Part shown: piece by piece, positions 1-10,044 of the stretch | How positions within the stretch are numbered: position 1 is the stretch's first letter | Layout: each line of letters opens with the position of its first letter | NCBI GenBank assembly: GCA_043228905.1 | Contig: JBHGNT010000012.1 | Coordinates: 16,492,001-16,556,000, forward strand | From: Azolla caroliniana | Lineage: Eukaryota; Plantae; Polypodiophyta | Direction of reading: 5' to 3' | DNA length: 64,000 nt | Notes under the pieces: generated by a model | Databases searched by the model: none | Seen by the model: only the letters and a program-made list of their open reading frames with translations | Told to the model about the DNA's origin: nothing | Made by a program: the position numbers and the translations under genes

Positions 1-1217
1 CATTTTCTAGACAAGATCGAGTCATGGGTAGTAAAAAAATCCTAGAACATGATCATAAGAAATGTATGTCTATCATGAAGAACTAGTTCAACTAGTTGAA
101 GTGTATGACTAAACTGGTGCTACTTATGAAGACAGTGACTAGTAATGAACACAACGAACAATGAAATGAGATTCTAGTGGTGAAGATAGTTAGGACTAAA
201 GAGAGTGCTTATCAATGAAATGAGAGTCTAAAAATGAAGAGAACTCATAATGAAATGAGAGTTTAATGGTGAAGGGAGTTAGGAGTGAAAAGAGTGCCCA
301 ATTGTGAATGTGCTTCTCACAATGAAACAAGAGGATAGTAGGGAAGAGAGTTACATATTAGTTCCTAGCCATGATATGAGAATCCTCTAATAAAGATGGC
401 AAAGAAAGTTAGGAGCAAAAGGGGAACATGTGTCAAGAAGTCTAGGAATGAATGTGAACTACCAGACACCAAACATGGTACGAGCATGATCATAACCATA
501 ATTCTCTGACCTTAGGGTTAGATGGGGACTAATTCATAAGGAACGAAGGGTGATGATTGAATTATCTCAACCCCATGATGGAGATAACTTTAGATTGTTT
601 CATCACTTGGCATAGGGTTTAAGCATGTTGCTACCTTAATATGAACGGGATGATCTTTATTATTTTTTATAGAGACTCTAATAGTGTGGCAAAGCTCTAA
701 AGTTATACAAGTTTGCACCCTTCTTCTTCAAACCCAAGGTATGATCCATGTTTGTTCTTGGTGGTATGGAACTCCAAGGGGGAACTTGGATCTATCTCAC
801 TTTCGCTAGGGGGTGGTTGGGTGGATTTATGTCCTTTCTTCCTTATTTTCTCATTAGTTCTACTAAAGTTATTTAATATTCTTACAAAAATGTCTCTCTT
901 GGTTCAGAACCCCTATGGTTATGTCATAGTTTCATACACATACATGCATTTTCACAATAATGCAAGATGCAACAAAAATCACACACTTGTTTTTTATCCA
1001 TAGCTCCACACACTCATTGACAATGAATGTAACAAGGATTCAACATAGGCTAAGAGGGGAAATTCTGAAGATGGCGTAGATTGTGAGTGTCAGAACATAA
1101 GGCACATTGGTTATACCATCACCAGATCATGGATCCACATGAGGAAACCCAAATGCCTTGTTGAGTTGCATCATAACCTCATTTCACTTCATCAACCAAC
1201 CTTGAATATGATGTAGA

Positions 1218-3377
1218 TGTTGAGAAATCATTGCGGAAATTAATCACAATAATTAGACGAAGCTGAAATACGAATCACACCCACAATGCGAGAAAGACAA
1301 GATAAACGACTATACACAGAGATTTACGTGGAAACCCTAAAACGGGGAAAAACCACGAGTGAACAGATTCTTCACTATAGTATAGTGGATATACAATACA
1401 GAGAAGAATACAACACTTTGTCCAGTGTATCAGCCGCACAGGGCTCTTCGCGTCTGTTGTTACACACACAACTATGGCGCGGCTCTCACTTCTCTCTCTC
1501 TCTCTCTTAGTCATTCAGTTTCTACAGTTCTAACTCTGTTCATCACATAACTAAAAGTTTTCCCTAGTTGCATATGTACTTACGCAACTTTCTGGTTATT
1601 TACGTACGTAGCCCTCATGGGATGCACACTTAGACTATTTACAAATATAGTCTCCCGAATTGGCTACCACTGTAGCCTTCGTCATCAAGCCTTCCAGTCA
1701 ATATCAGATTCAATCTAATATTAGGGATATGTTGAACATCCTTCAACGTTAGTCGACACCCTGTCGACGTCGTTAAGCACACACTTCCGACTCCGGTTAT
1801 CTTGCACTCTCCACTATCACCCATCTTTACATAGCCATGATCCCCAACTATGTAAGTCGAGAAGTACTCTCTCGACGGAGTAATGTGAAAGGATGCGCCG
1901 GAGTCGATCACCGAAGTGCACTCTTCACTTGCAAGATTTGCACTTGTCTGTTCACAGATGAACAGAAGTTCCTCATTGCTTGTAGCAATGGCCGAAGTGT
2001 TCTTTTCATCCGGGGTTCGACATTATTTCTGATAGACTTATCTTTCTTCATGTGTCGGCAGTCCTTATGGAAGTGTCCGGGTTTTCCGCAATAGAAGCAC
2101 ACAGGCTTACCTCTGGACTTCGATCTGGCGTGGGATTTGTTTGTTCGCTACGGACTTCTTCTTCGCCGGTCCCTTCCTCTGTCCATGTGTTGAGTTAGAT
2201 TCGACTCTGTTTGGGACAAGACTCCTTTGTCTTTCCTCCTTGCCTCCTTGTTTAGGATGCTTGTCTTCATCGTCTGTAAAGACAAGTTCTCTTCATGACA
2301 GGAGGTGTTGAGAGTAACCACCAGGTTCTCCCAACTTTCCGGTAGTGTGCACATCAGTAGGATGGCCTGCATTGCATCATCCAGGGGAAACTTGGTCGTA
2401 GCAAGTTGATTTACATACCCCATGAATGTGTTGATGTGTTCGATGATGCTCTCACCGTCTCTGATTTCAGCCGTACGATCTTTCTCATTAGCAAGGTTCT
2501 ATTGAGCGCGTTCTTCCTCTCATAAAGACCCAATAGCTTCTGCCACATCTCGTGGGCATTCGTGTCGTTCGCCACATGCTGAAGGACACTTACATCGACA
2601 CATTGTCAAATTGTGGCCACGGCCTTTCTGTTTAGGAGCTTCCAGTCCGACTCCAATACCCCCCTAGGTATTTCTGCCCTATCGACTGGCTCGTACAGGT
2701 CTTTTACTATGAGAAGGTCTTCCATCTTTATCTTCCAGTTTGCATAGTTATGAGAGTTTAGAACTATCATACCTGGGAATCCGCTCACGCCTCCTTCCAT
2801 GCGTGCACCTCAAGCTCTGATACCAGTTTGTTGAGAAATCATTGCGGAAATTAATCACAATAATTAGATGAAGCTGAAATACGAATCACACCCAAAATGC
2901 GAGAAAGACAAGATAAACGACTATACACAGAGATTTACGTGGAAACCCTAAAACGGGGAAAAACCACGGGTGAATAGATTCTTCACTATAGTATAGTGGA
3001 TATACAATACAGAGAAGAATACAACACTTTGTCCAGTGTATCAGCCGCACAGGGCTCTTCGCGTTTGTTGTTACACACACAACTATGGCGCGACTCTCAC
3101 TTCTCTCTCTCTCTCTCTCTCTTAGTCGTTCTATTTCTACAGTTCTAACTCTGTTCATCACATAACTAAAAGTTTGCCCTAGTTGCATATGTACTTATGC
3201 AACTTTCTGGTTATTTACATACGTAGCCCTCATGGGGCGCACACTTAGACTATTTACAAATATAGTCTCCCGAGTTGGCTATTTACACGATTCCGGTTTC
3301 GGCCTCAGCCGAGTCCCTCATCAACTCCGCTCCGAACTGTCGGATCATCCACCCACTGGAGGGACATATTCCCAACA
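1218..3377 (-). mobile_element. Internally deleted Ty1/Copia LTR retrotransposon (5' LTR 2829-3377, partial 3' LTR 1218-1666, gag-protease remnant)
   Basis: Both LTR copies begin TGTTGAGAAATC on +; TSD GTAGA at 1213-1217 and 3378-3382; tRNA-iMet PBS (TGGTATCAGAGC on -) at 2814-2825; disrupted gag, zinc knuckle (CFYCGKPGHFHKDC) and protease (IDSGAS) similar to the element at 5224. Confidence 0.93.
1667..2800 (-). pseudogene. Copia gag-protease pseudogene; integrase, RT and RNase H deleted
   Basis: ORF fragments 2606-2800, 2148-2423, 1908-2102 and 1639-1911 align in order with the N-terminal part of the 5961-10034 polyprotein, with stops and frameshifts. Confidence 0.88.
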
Positions 3378-3953
3378 GTAGAATCACGTCATGCATATTA
3401 ATTATGCAGTTCATTCTCATAAAACATTCCAAAATCATTTCAACACATGCATTAAGATCATGATCATGGAACTTTAAGAAATGTAGACCTTTGAATTTGT
3501 TTTCTAGTATGGATAGCATGGAATTACCCATATATTCAATTATAATTTGTCTCATAGGAAAATTATGGCCTCTAGGAGACATTAATAACACACACACACA
3601 CACACTCTCTCTCTCTCTCTCATCCTCATTTGCAATTGCGATAGTTTCCTCGTCCCCACATCATCATGTGTGGTAATCATGATAGTTTGATCTACTTACC
3701 TTATAATTATGTCAAAACCTACAACCCTTGTTATTGACATCAACGAAGTTATGGTTTATACATAAAAATTACAATTTGAAAGTAGTAGTTTTCATGAGCT
3801 TGTCTAAGCAACCACCATGTACATGGTGTAAAATCTTGATCCTTCCAACAACTTATTAAAGCCAAAAATAAACTTGTTGGAGATACTAGAGTGGACATAA
3901 GAAAATTTCTAGGCTTTTGCAACCAACTCAAACTTTTGTAAGGCTTCATCCTC

Positions 3954-4104
3954 AGCAAATAGGATTAGATACCCTAGTAGTCCATGCCGTAAACGATGAG
4001 TGTTCGTCCTTGGTCCGCGGATCGGGCCCCCAGCTAACGCGTTAAACACTTTGCCTAGGGAGTATGGTCGCAAGACTGAAACTCAAAGGAATCGACGGGA
4101 GCCT

Positions 4105-4137
<33 letters not shown>

Positions 4138-4164
4138 ACAACGCGGAAAACCTTACCAGCCCTT
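3954..4164 (+). pseudogene. rrn18: Nuclear copy (NUMT) of a plant mitochondrial 18S rRNA fragment
   Basis: Contains SSU landmarks GGATTAGATACCC, AAACTCAAAGGAAT and GTGGAGCATGTGGTTTAATTCGATACAACGCG, plus the short plant-mitochondrial-type helix GATGAGTGTTCG...AAACACT; only about 210 bp, with substitutions at conserved sites. Confidence 0.85.
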
Positions 4165-4203
4165 AATTTCACGACTCTTGGATAATTCTTCAATAACAAC
4201 TTC

Positions 4204-4366
4204 GTAACCATTCTTCTTTTGTACCAGTGGGAGGTAAAGTCTTTTCCGGTTTTTCCTGAAAGTATTCAAGTTAGCACTTTTAGTAATATATCCAAATTCT
4301 TTCTCTTGATTCGCTCACTATTATCCATTCCATTATCCATTGATTATGTGCGATGTACAAAAACTG
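4204..4366 (+). pseudogene. ndhB: Plastid-derived fragment (NUPT) of ndhB
   Basis: Translates VTILLLYQWEVKSFPVFPESIQVSTFSNISKFFLLIRSLLSIPLSIDYVRCTK, resembling the NdhB N-terminal segment as I recall it (LLFRW...[23 protein letters not shown]). Confidence 0.7.
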
Positions 4367-4601
4367 TACTTATCTTACGACGAACCAAAAAGGTTTGGTG
4401 CAATTAAGAAACTAATATTAAGAATTGGTAAGGTAGAGATAGATTTAGAAGCAATCACTTTCTAGCAAACGGAATCTCATTGATAGGGAAATCTTATATA
4501 GTTCTGTATTTCACGGTACAAAAGAAGGATCGAACGAGTCGATGGGGAGCCATATGAAAATCAAATTCATGTACGGTTCTGAATTAGAGGCGGCATTCAA
4601 C
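4367..4601 (+). other. Organellar group II intron fragment including domain V (trnG-UCC intron-like)
   Basis: GAGCCATATGAAAATCAAATTCATGTACGGTTC at 4547-4579 fits the domain V consensus; the following TGAATTAGAG resembles the plastid trnG intron; left boundary uncertain. Confidence 0.55.
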
Positions 4602-4622
4602 TTCAGGCATATCAAGCTCATA

Positions 4623-5120
4623 TACACCCTCTTAAGGTTTGGTACAAGCTTGGTTTTCCCATTGAGTGGGTACTTCCGTGCTACTCTTTCATAAACTTGG
4701 AGTTTGATCGTTTCCCTCCAATGAACGCACAACATCATGGCATCACTTCCTTCTACACCCTCCTAATTTGGCACAAGCTTGGTTTTCCCATTGAGTGGAT
4801 ACTTCATTGCTACTCTTTCATAAACTTAGAGTTGACGGTTTCCCTCTAATGAACACACCACCACATCATGACAATGCATCCTTGCCACTTATTTTCCATT
4901 TTACATGACCTTATCCTTATCTTCCCAATGTGCCCATCCTTCTACACCGTCCTAAGGTTTGGCACAAGCTTGGTTTTCCAATTGAGTGGATACTTCATTG
5001 CTACTCGTTCATAAACTTGGAGTTGACGGTTTCCCTCCTATGAACACACCACATCATGACAATGCATCCTTGCCACTTATTTTCCATTTTACATGACCTT
5101 ATCCTTATGTTCCCAAGGTG
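4623..5120. repeat. Imperfect tandem repeat, 3 copies (periods about 130 and 188 bp)
   Basis: CAAGCTTGGTTTTCC(C/A)ATTGAGTGG...TTCATAAACTT...TGAAC(A/G)CAC recurs near 4645, 4775 and 4965; a related partial copy lies near 10850-10925. Confidence 0.8.
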
Positions 5121-5223
5121 CCGAGAATGAGCAAAATGTACTTTGTCATGTGCCATCCATTCACATAGCAAAATGTACTTTGTCATATCCATCCATTGGA
5201 GTCCACTTATCTCTTCAAAATTG

Positions 5224-5929
5224 TGTTGGGATTTACGGTCCCTCCGGATGGGATGTCCGGAGATGAATGACGGCAAGCCCGGTTGCGGTTACGGAACAGG
5301 AGGATGAAGAGTACCCGGCTACGGAGCCGGATGATGTAAGACCCGGCTACGGAGCCGGATGTTGAAGACCCGGCATGAAGCCGGATGAAGAGTACTCGGC
5401 TACGGAGCCGGATGATGTTGAAGATCCGGCTACGGAGCCGGATGATGTATGTACCCGGAGAGAGATCCGGATGCGGGGACATATTTGTGAATATGTTTGC
5501 CAAGGGCCCTTGTGGCTATATTTGTAAATAGCCGGAAAGTCATATGTGTATAAATATGACTTAGGGCAAACAGTTTTATGTGGCTGCTCATTTTCTGTTT
5601 TCACTTAGAGGGAGCGAAGTGAGAGCAGCCGAGAGAGAGAGAGAGAGGGAGAGAGAAACGAGGAGGTCGTTGCCTCTGTGTATTACCGCCGCCTGTGGCG
5701 AGGACAGCGAGCTCAAGGTCGTCGCCTTGCAGCTCGCCATTGTATACTTCTCTGTATAGTGTTGGTTTGGAGTCTTGTACTCCCGTGGTTTTTCCCGTTT
5801 AGGGTTTTCCACGTTAATCCCTGTGTTATCATGTCTTTCTCTGTGTTTCCTATTTTCTACTGCATTTGATTCGTGATTTCTCGGTTGTGGCCGAACGGTG
5901 AAGGTGAATCGGAGCGTCGATTCGCAACA
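5224..5929 (+). repeat. 5' LTR of intact Copia
   Basis: TGTTGG...CAACA; near-identical to 10045-10750; TATAAAT box near 5549. Confidence 0.97.
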
Positions 5930-5960
5930 AAGTGGTATCAGAGCGACGGCAGTGCAGAAA

Positions 5961-8900
5961 ATGGAAGGCGGCAGCAGCGGGCAGCCGGGGATGATGGTGC
6001 TGAATGCGCAGAACTACGCCGACTGGAAGATCAAGATGGAGGATCTTCTGATTGTTCGGGACCTGTACGAACCGATTGACAGGTCGGAAATACCGAAGGG
6101 GGTACTTGAGACGGAATGGAGGCTTCTGAACCGGAAAGCCGTTGCAACCATCCGGCAATACGTCGACGTGAGCGTTCTACAACACGTGGCGAACGACACC
6201 AACGCATACGAGATGTGGCGGAAGCTGTCGGGCCTCTACGAGAGGAAGAATGCGTTGAACCGGACCTCCCTGATGAGGAAGATAGTGAACCTCAAGTACC
6301 GGGACGGCGAGAGCATGGTGGAACACGTAAGCACGTTCATGGGATTCGTGAACCAGCTTGCGGCAATCAAGTTCCCGCTGGAGGACGCAATGCAAGCCAT
6401 CATTCTGATGTGTACATTGCCGGAAAGCTGGGAGAACTTGGTGGTGACTCTCAGCACCTCCTGCACCGAAGATAACTTGTCTCTACAAACGGTAAAGACA
6501 AGTATTTTGAACGAAGAAGCGCGTCGGAGAGATAAAGAACCGGCCTCCGACTCGAAGGCGCTGCTTACCGAATCGGAACGGGGAAGACAATGGAACCGGA
6601 GTCCGCAAAGACGGGAGAAGTCGGGGACCCGGTCGCAGTCAAGAGGAAGACCCACATGCTTCCACTGTGGGAAGCCGGGGCACTTCCGGAAGAATTGTCG
6701 GCATTACCGAAAGGATAACGGAGCCGACGACACCGATTCGAAGAAGTCACCGGAGAGAAACGGTGCATACCAGGGAGCCACGGACCGGAGAGGTCCGGAT
6801 CGGCGAGGGCAGGACCGGAAAGGAACGACGGCACTCGCGGCAAGTGAAGAAGAGATAATGCTCATTACCGAAGAGAGGGAGCTGAACCTTGCCGGTGAAG
6901 AGATGACCTGGGTGGTCGATTCCGGAGCGTCGTTCCACCTGACCCCGGAGAAGAAATACTTCTCATCCTACATAGCCGGTGAGCACGGCTGTGTCCGGAT
7001 GGGAAATGAAGGTACATGCCGGATTGCCGGCATAGGAGACGTGTGGCTGATGACATCAACCGGATGCAAGATGCTGCTGAAGGATGTTCGACACGTTCCG
7101 GAGGTTCGATTGAACCTGATTTCGGCCGGGAGGCTAGACGATGAAGGCTACACGGGTAGCATCCGGAACGGTGTCATGAAGTTCAGCAAGGGGAGCTTGA
7201 TAGTAGCTCGGGCCCGGAAGGTCAACACACTGTACCTGATGAATTCCCGGCTATGTCCGGAGGAGCTGAATGTAGCAGCTGACACTGCCGGTGAGCTATG
7301 GCACAAGAGACTGTGCCACATGAGTGACAAGGGGATGAAGAGGCTTGCAGAAGACAACCTTATTCCAGTGAAGCATGTGCACCTGGAGAAGTGCACCGAC
7401 TGTCTGGCCGGTAAGCAAAACCGGACCTCCTTCCACTCAAGGCCACCGACGAGACGTAGCGCACCATTGGAGCTGGTGCACACTGACGTGTGTCAAGTAG
7501 AAACGAAGTCACATGGTGGAGCCCAGTACTTCGTGACATTCATTGATGACCACAGCCGGAAGCTGTGGACGGCACCGTTGAAGACAAAGGACCAAGTATT
7601 GTCCGTCTTCAAAGAACTCCACGCGAGAGTGGAAAGAGAATCCGGCAAGAAACTGAAAGCGATACGAGCGGATAACGGAGGAGAATACCGAGGGCAATTT
7701 GAGGAGTATTGCCGTTCGATGGGAATCCGGCTCGAGTTTACCGTGCCGAAGACGCCGGAACTGAACGGGCTGGCCGAGAGGATGAACCGGACCATAATGG
7801 AGAGGGTCCGGAGTATGCTGGCGCATGCGAAATTACCCAAGGGGTTTTGGGCTGAGGCAATGTCGACGGCGACATACGTGATAAACAGATCACCCTCAGT
7901 ACCTTTGGATGGAGACACGCCGCAGAGAGTGTGGACCGGTAGGGAAGTATCCTACCGGCATCTGAAGGTGTTCGGGTGTCTCGCATATGTGCATGTGGCA
8001 AAGGACCGGAGAGGAAAGCTAGATCCAAAGACCCGGCCATGCATATTCCTCGGTTACGGCAACGACGAGTTCGGCTACCGAGTATGGGACCCGGTCGACA
8101 AGAAGATATTCAGGAGTCGAGATATCATCTTCATGGAGGACAAGACACTCGCCGACTGGGAGTCAGAGAAGAAGATGAAGAGCTCCAAGTCGACCGGTGA
8201 GGATCAACTCTACAAGGAGCAGTCCCGACCGGCAAGAGACCGGTTAGCACTCGAGGATCCGGCCGAAGACGGTGAAGAAACAGAACCGGCCGAAGAAGAT
8301 GAAAATGATACCGGAACCGGCCCCGATCCCGAAATGGATTCGGATGAAGAAGAATCGGAAGAACCGGTTACCGAAGCTCCGGAACGGAGATATCCTCTAA
8401 GAGAGAGAAGGGCCCCCCGGAGATTTCCGGAACCAGAGCACGTGCTGCTAACCGACGAGGGGGAGCCGGAGAATTTTGAAGAAGCAGAGCTTGACACACA
8501 TAGCCGCAGGTGGTTAAGTGCCATGCAGGAGGAGATGGATTCCCTGCATGAGAACCACACATATGAACTTGTGGAGTTGCCGAAAGGAAAGCGGGCACTT
8601 CGAAACAAGTGGGTGTTCAAGCTGAAACCGGGAGATGCTGGAAACCCCCCGAGATACAAAGCCAGGATCGTGGTGAAGGGGTTTCAGCAGAAGAAGGGCG
8701 TCGACTTCGACGAGATATTTGCCCCGGTAGTGAAGATGACCTCCATCCGGACGGTGCTGAGCATAGCGGCAAGCATGGACCTCGAGGTAGAACAGATGGA
8801 CGTGAAGACGGCATTCCTTCACGGTGACCTCGAAGAAGAGATCTACATGCAGCAACCGGAAGGATTCGAGAAGAAAGGAAAGGAGCACCTGGTATGCCGG

Positions 8901-10034
8901 TTGAAGAAGAGCCTCTACGGTCTGAAGCAGGCTCCCCGGCAATGGTACCGGAAGTTCGACTCCTTCATGACAGACGAAGGGTACCACAAAACGCAGACTG
9001 ATCACTGCGTATTTGTGAAGAAGTTCGAAGGAGGAGACTTTCTAATACTCCTCCTATACGTGGACGACATGTTGATCGTGGGACGGGACCAGGGCAAGAT
9101 ACGGATGCTAAAGAAAGCACTTCACCGAACCTTCTCAATGAAGGACCTGGGTCCGGCGAGGCAAATACTAGGGATGCACATCATTCGGGACCGGAAGAAG
9201 AAGCAGTTGTGGTTGTCACAAGAGAAGTACGTGACAAAGGTGCTTCACCGGTTCAACATGTCGGAAGCAAGACCGGTGGGGTCAACACTCCCGGCAAACT
9301 GCAAGCTGTCCAGCAAGCAAAGCCCCAAGACAAAGGCTGAGAAGGAGGACATGATGAAAGTACCATATGCCTCTGCCGTCGGGAGCTTGATGTACGCGAT
9401 GGTGTGTACCCGACCGGACATAGGATATGCAGTCGGAGTGGTGAGCCGGTACATGAGCAATCCCGGCAAAGAGCATTGGAACGCGGTCAAATGGATACTC
9501 CGATACCTGAAGGGCACGGCAAACATGTGCCTCCGATTCGGCTCCGGTAAGCCCGAACTCGATGGATTTACCGATTCGGATATGTCGGCTGATGCAGATA
9601 CCAGCCGGTCCACATCAGGGTATGTGATGACGTATGCAGGGGGAGCTGTTTCATGGCAGTCGAGGCTGCAGAAGACGGTTGCACTGTCAACCACGGAGGC
9701 GGAGTACATGGCGGCTGTTGAAGCCGGCAAGGAAATAATATGGATGAAGGACTTCATTAGAGAGCTCGGTGTCCGGCAGGAGGAATACCGACTCTACTGC
9801 GACAGTCAGAGTGCCATCCACCTTGCGAAGAACGCGGCCTACCATTCCCGGACGAAACACATCCAGCGAAGATATCACTGGATCCGGGAAAGGATAGAAG
9901 ACAAGGAGTTCGTGCTGACGAAGATCCACACGGACGAGAACGGGTCGGATATGCTGACTAAGGTACTTACACCCGACAAGCTGGAAGCATGCCGGAAGAG
10001 GATCGGATTGGAGAGACATCCCATGCCGAAGTGA
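5961..10034 (+). CDS. Copia Gag-Pol polyprotein (Gag, zinc knuckle, protease, integrase, RT, RNase H), 1357 aa
   Basis: First ATG after the PBS is at 5961 (MEGGSSG). Motifs CFHCGKPGHFRKNC, WVVDSGAS, LWHKRLCH, integrase HTD...RADNGGEY...AERMNRT, RT LLYVDDM, RNase H FTDSD/TEAEY; integrase precedes RT (Copia order). Confidence 0.97.
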   Translation: MEGGSSGQPGMMVLNAQNYADWKIKMEDLLIVRDLYEPIDRSEIPKGVLETEWRLLNRKAVATIRQYVDVSVLQHVANDTNAYEMWRKLSGLYERKNALNRTSLMRKIVNLKYRDGESMVEHVSTFMGFVNQLAAIKFPLEDAMQAIILMCTLPESWENLVVTLSTSCTEDNLSLQTVKTSILNEEARRRDKEPASDSKALLTESERGRQWNRSPQRREKSGTRSQSRGRPTCFHCGKPGHFRKNCRHYRKDNGADDTDSKKSPERNGAYQGATDRRGPDRRGQDRKGTTALAASEEEIMLITEERELNLAGEEMTWVVDSGASFHLTPEKKYFSSYIAGEHGCVRMGNEGTCRIAGIGDVWLMTSTGCKMLLKDVRHVPEVRLNLISAGRLDDEGYTGSIRNGVMKFSKGSLIVARARKVNTLYLMNSRLCPEELNVAADTAGELWHKRLCHMSDKGMKRLAEDNLIPVKHVHLEKCTDCLAGKQNRTSFHSRPPTRRSAPLELVHTDVCQVETKSHGGAQYFVTFIDDHSRKLWTAPLKTKDQVLSVFKELHARVERESGKKLKAIRADNGGEYRGQFEEYCRSMGIRLEFTVPKTPELNGLAERMNRTIMERVRSMLAHAKLPKGFWAEAMSTATYVINRSPSVPLDGDTPQRVWTGREVSYRHLKVFGCLAYVHVAKDRRGKLDPKTRPCIFLGYGNDEFGYRVWDPVDKKIFRSRDIIFMEDKTLADWESEKKMKSSKSTGEDQLYKEQSRPARDRLALEDPAEDGEETEPAEEDENDTGTGPDPEMDSDEEESEEPVTEAPERRYPLRERRAPRRFPEPEHVLLTDEGEPENFEEAELDTHSRRWLSAMQEEMDSLHENHTYELVELPKGKRALRNKWVFKLKPGDAGNPPRYKARIVVKGFQQKKGVDFDEIFAPVVKMTSIRTVLSIAASMDLEVEQMDVKTAFLHGDLEEEIYMQQPEGFEKKGKEHLVCRLKKSLYGLKQAPRQWYRKFDSFMTDEGYHKTQTDHCVFVKKFEGGDFLILLLYVDDMLIVGRDQGKIRMLKKALHRTFSMKDLGPARQILGMHIIRDRKKKQLWLSQEKYVTKVLHRFNMSEARPVGSTLPANCKLSSKQSPKTKAEKEDMMKVPYASAVGSLMYAMVCTRPDIGYAVGVVSRYMSNPGKEHWNAVKWILRYLKGTANMCLRFGSGKPELDGFTDSDMSADADTSRSTSGYVMTYAGGAVSWQSRLQKTVALSTTEAEYMAAVEAGKEIIWMKDFIRELGVRQEEYRLYCDSQSAIHLAKNAAYHSRTKHIQRRYHWIRERIEDKEFVLTKIHTDENGSDMLTKVLTPDKLEACRKRIGLERHPMPK

Positions 10035-10044
10035 AGGGGGAGTT

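Noticed and set aside
150-420. Degenerate AATGAAATGAGA...GAAG...GTTAGG repeats
   Set aside because: Too decayed to delimit or assign; probably old TE-derived sequence
3954-4164. Bacterial 16S rRNA gene or contamination
   Set aside because: Short mutated fragment with plant-mitochondrial features embedded in plant nuclear DNA; better explained as a NUMT
5315-5473. CRISPR-like array of palindromic repeats
   Set aside because: Inter-repeat gaps are only about 10 bp and similar to one another, there are no cas genes, and it lies inside a eukaryotic LTR
5798-5804. Telomeric TTTAGGG
   Set aside because: Single unit inside the LTR hairpin motif, not an array
6014-9757. Antisense and alternative-frame ORFs within the intact Copia
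   Set aside because: Expected by-products of GC-rich coding sequence; no motifs
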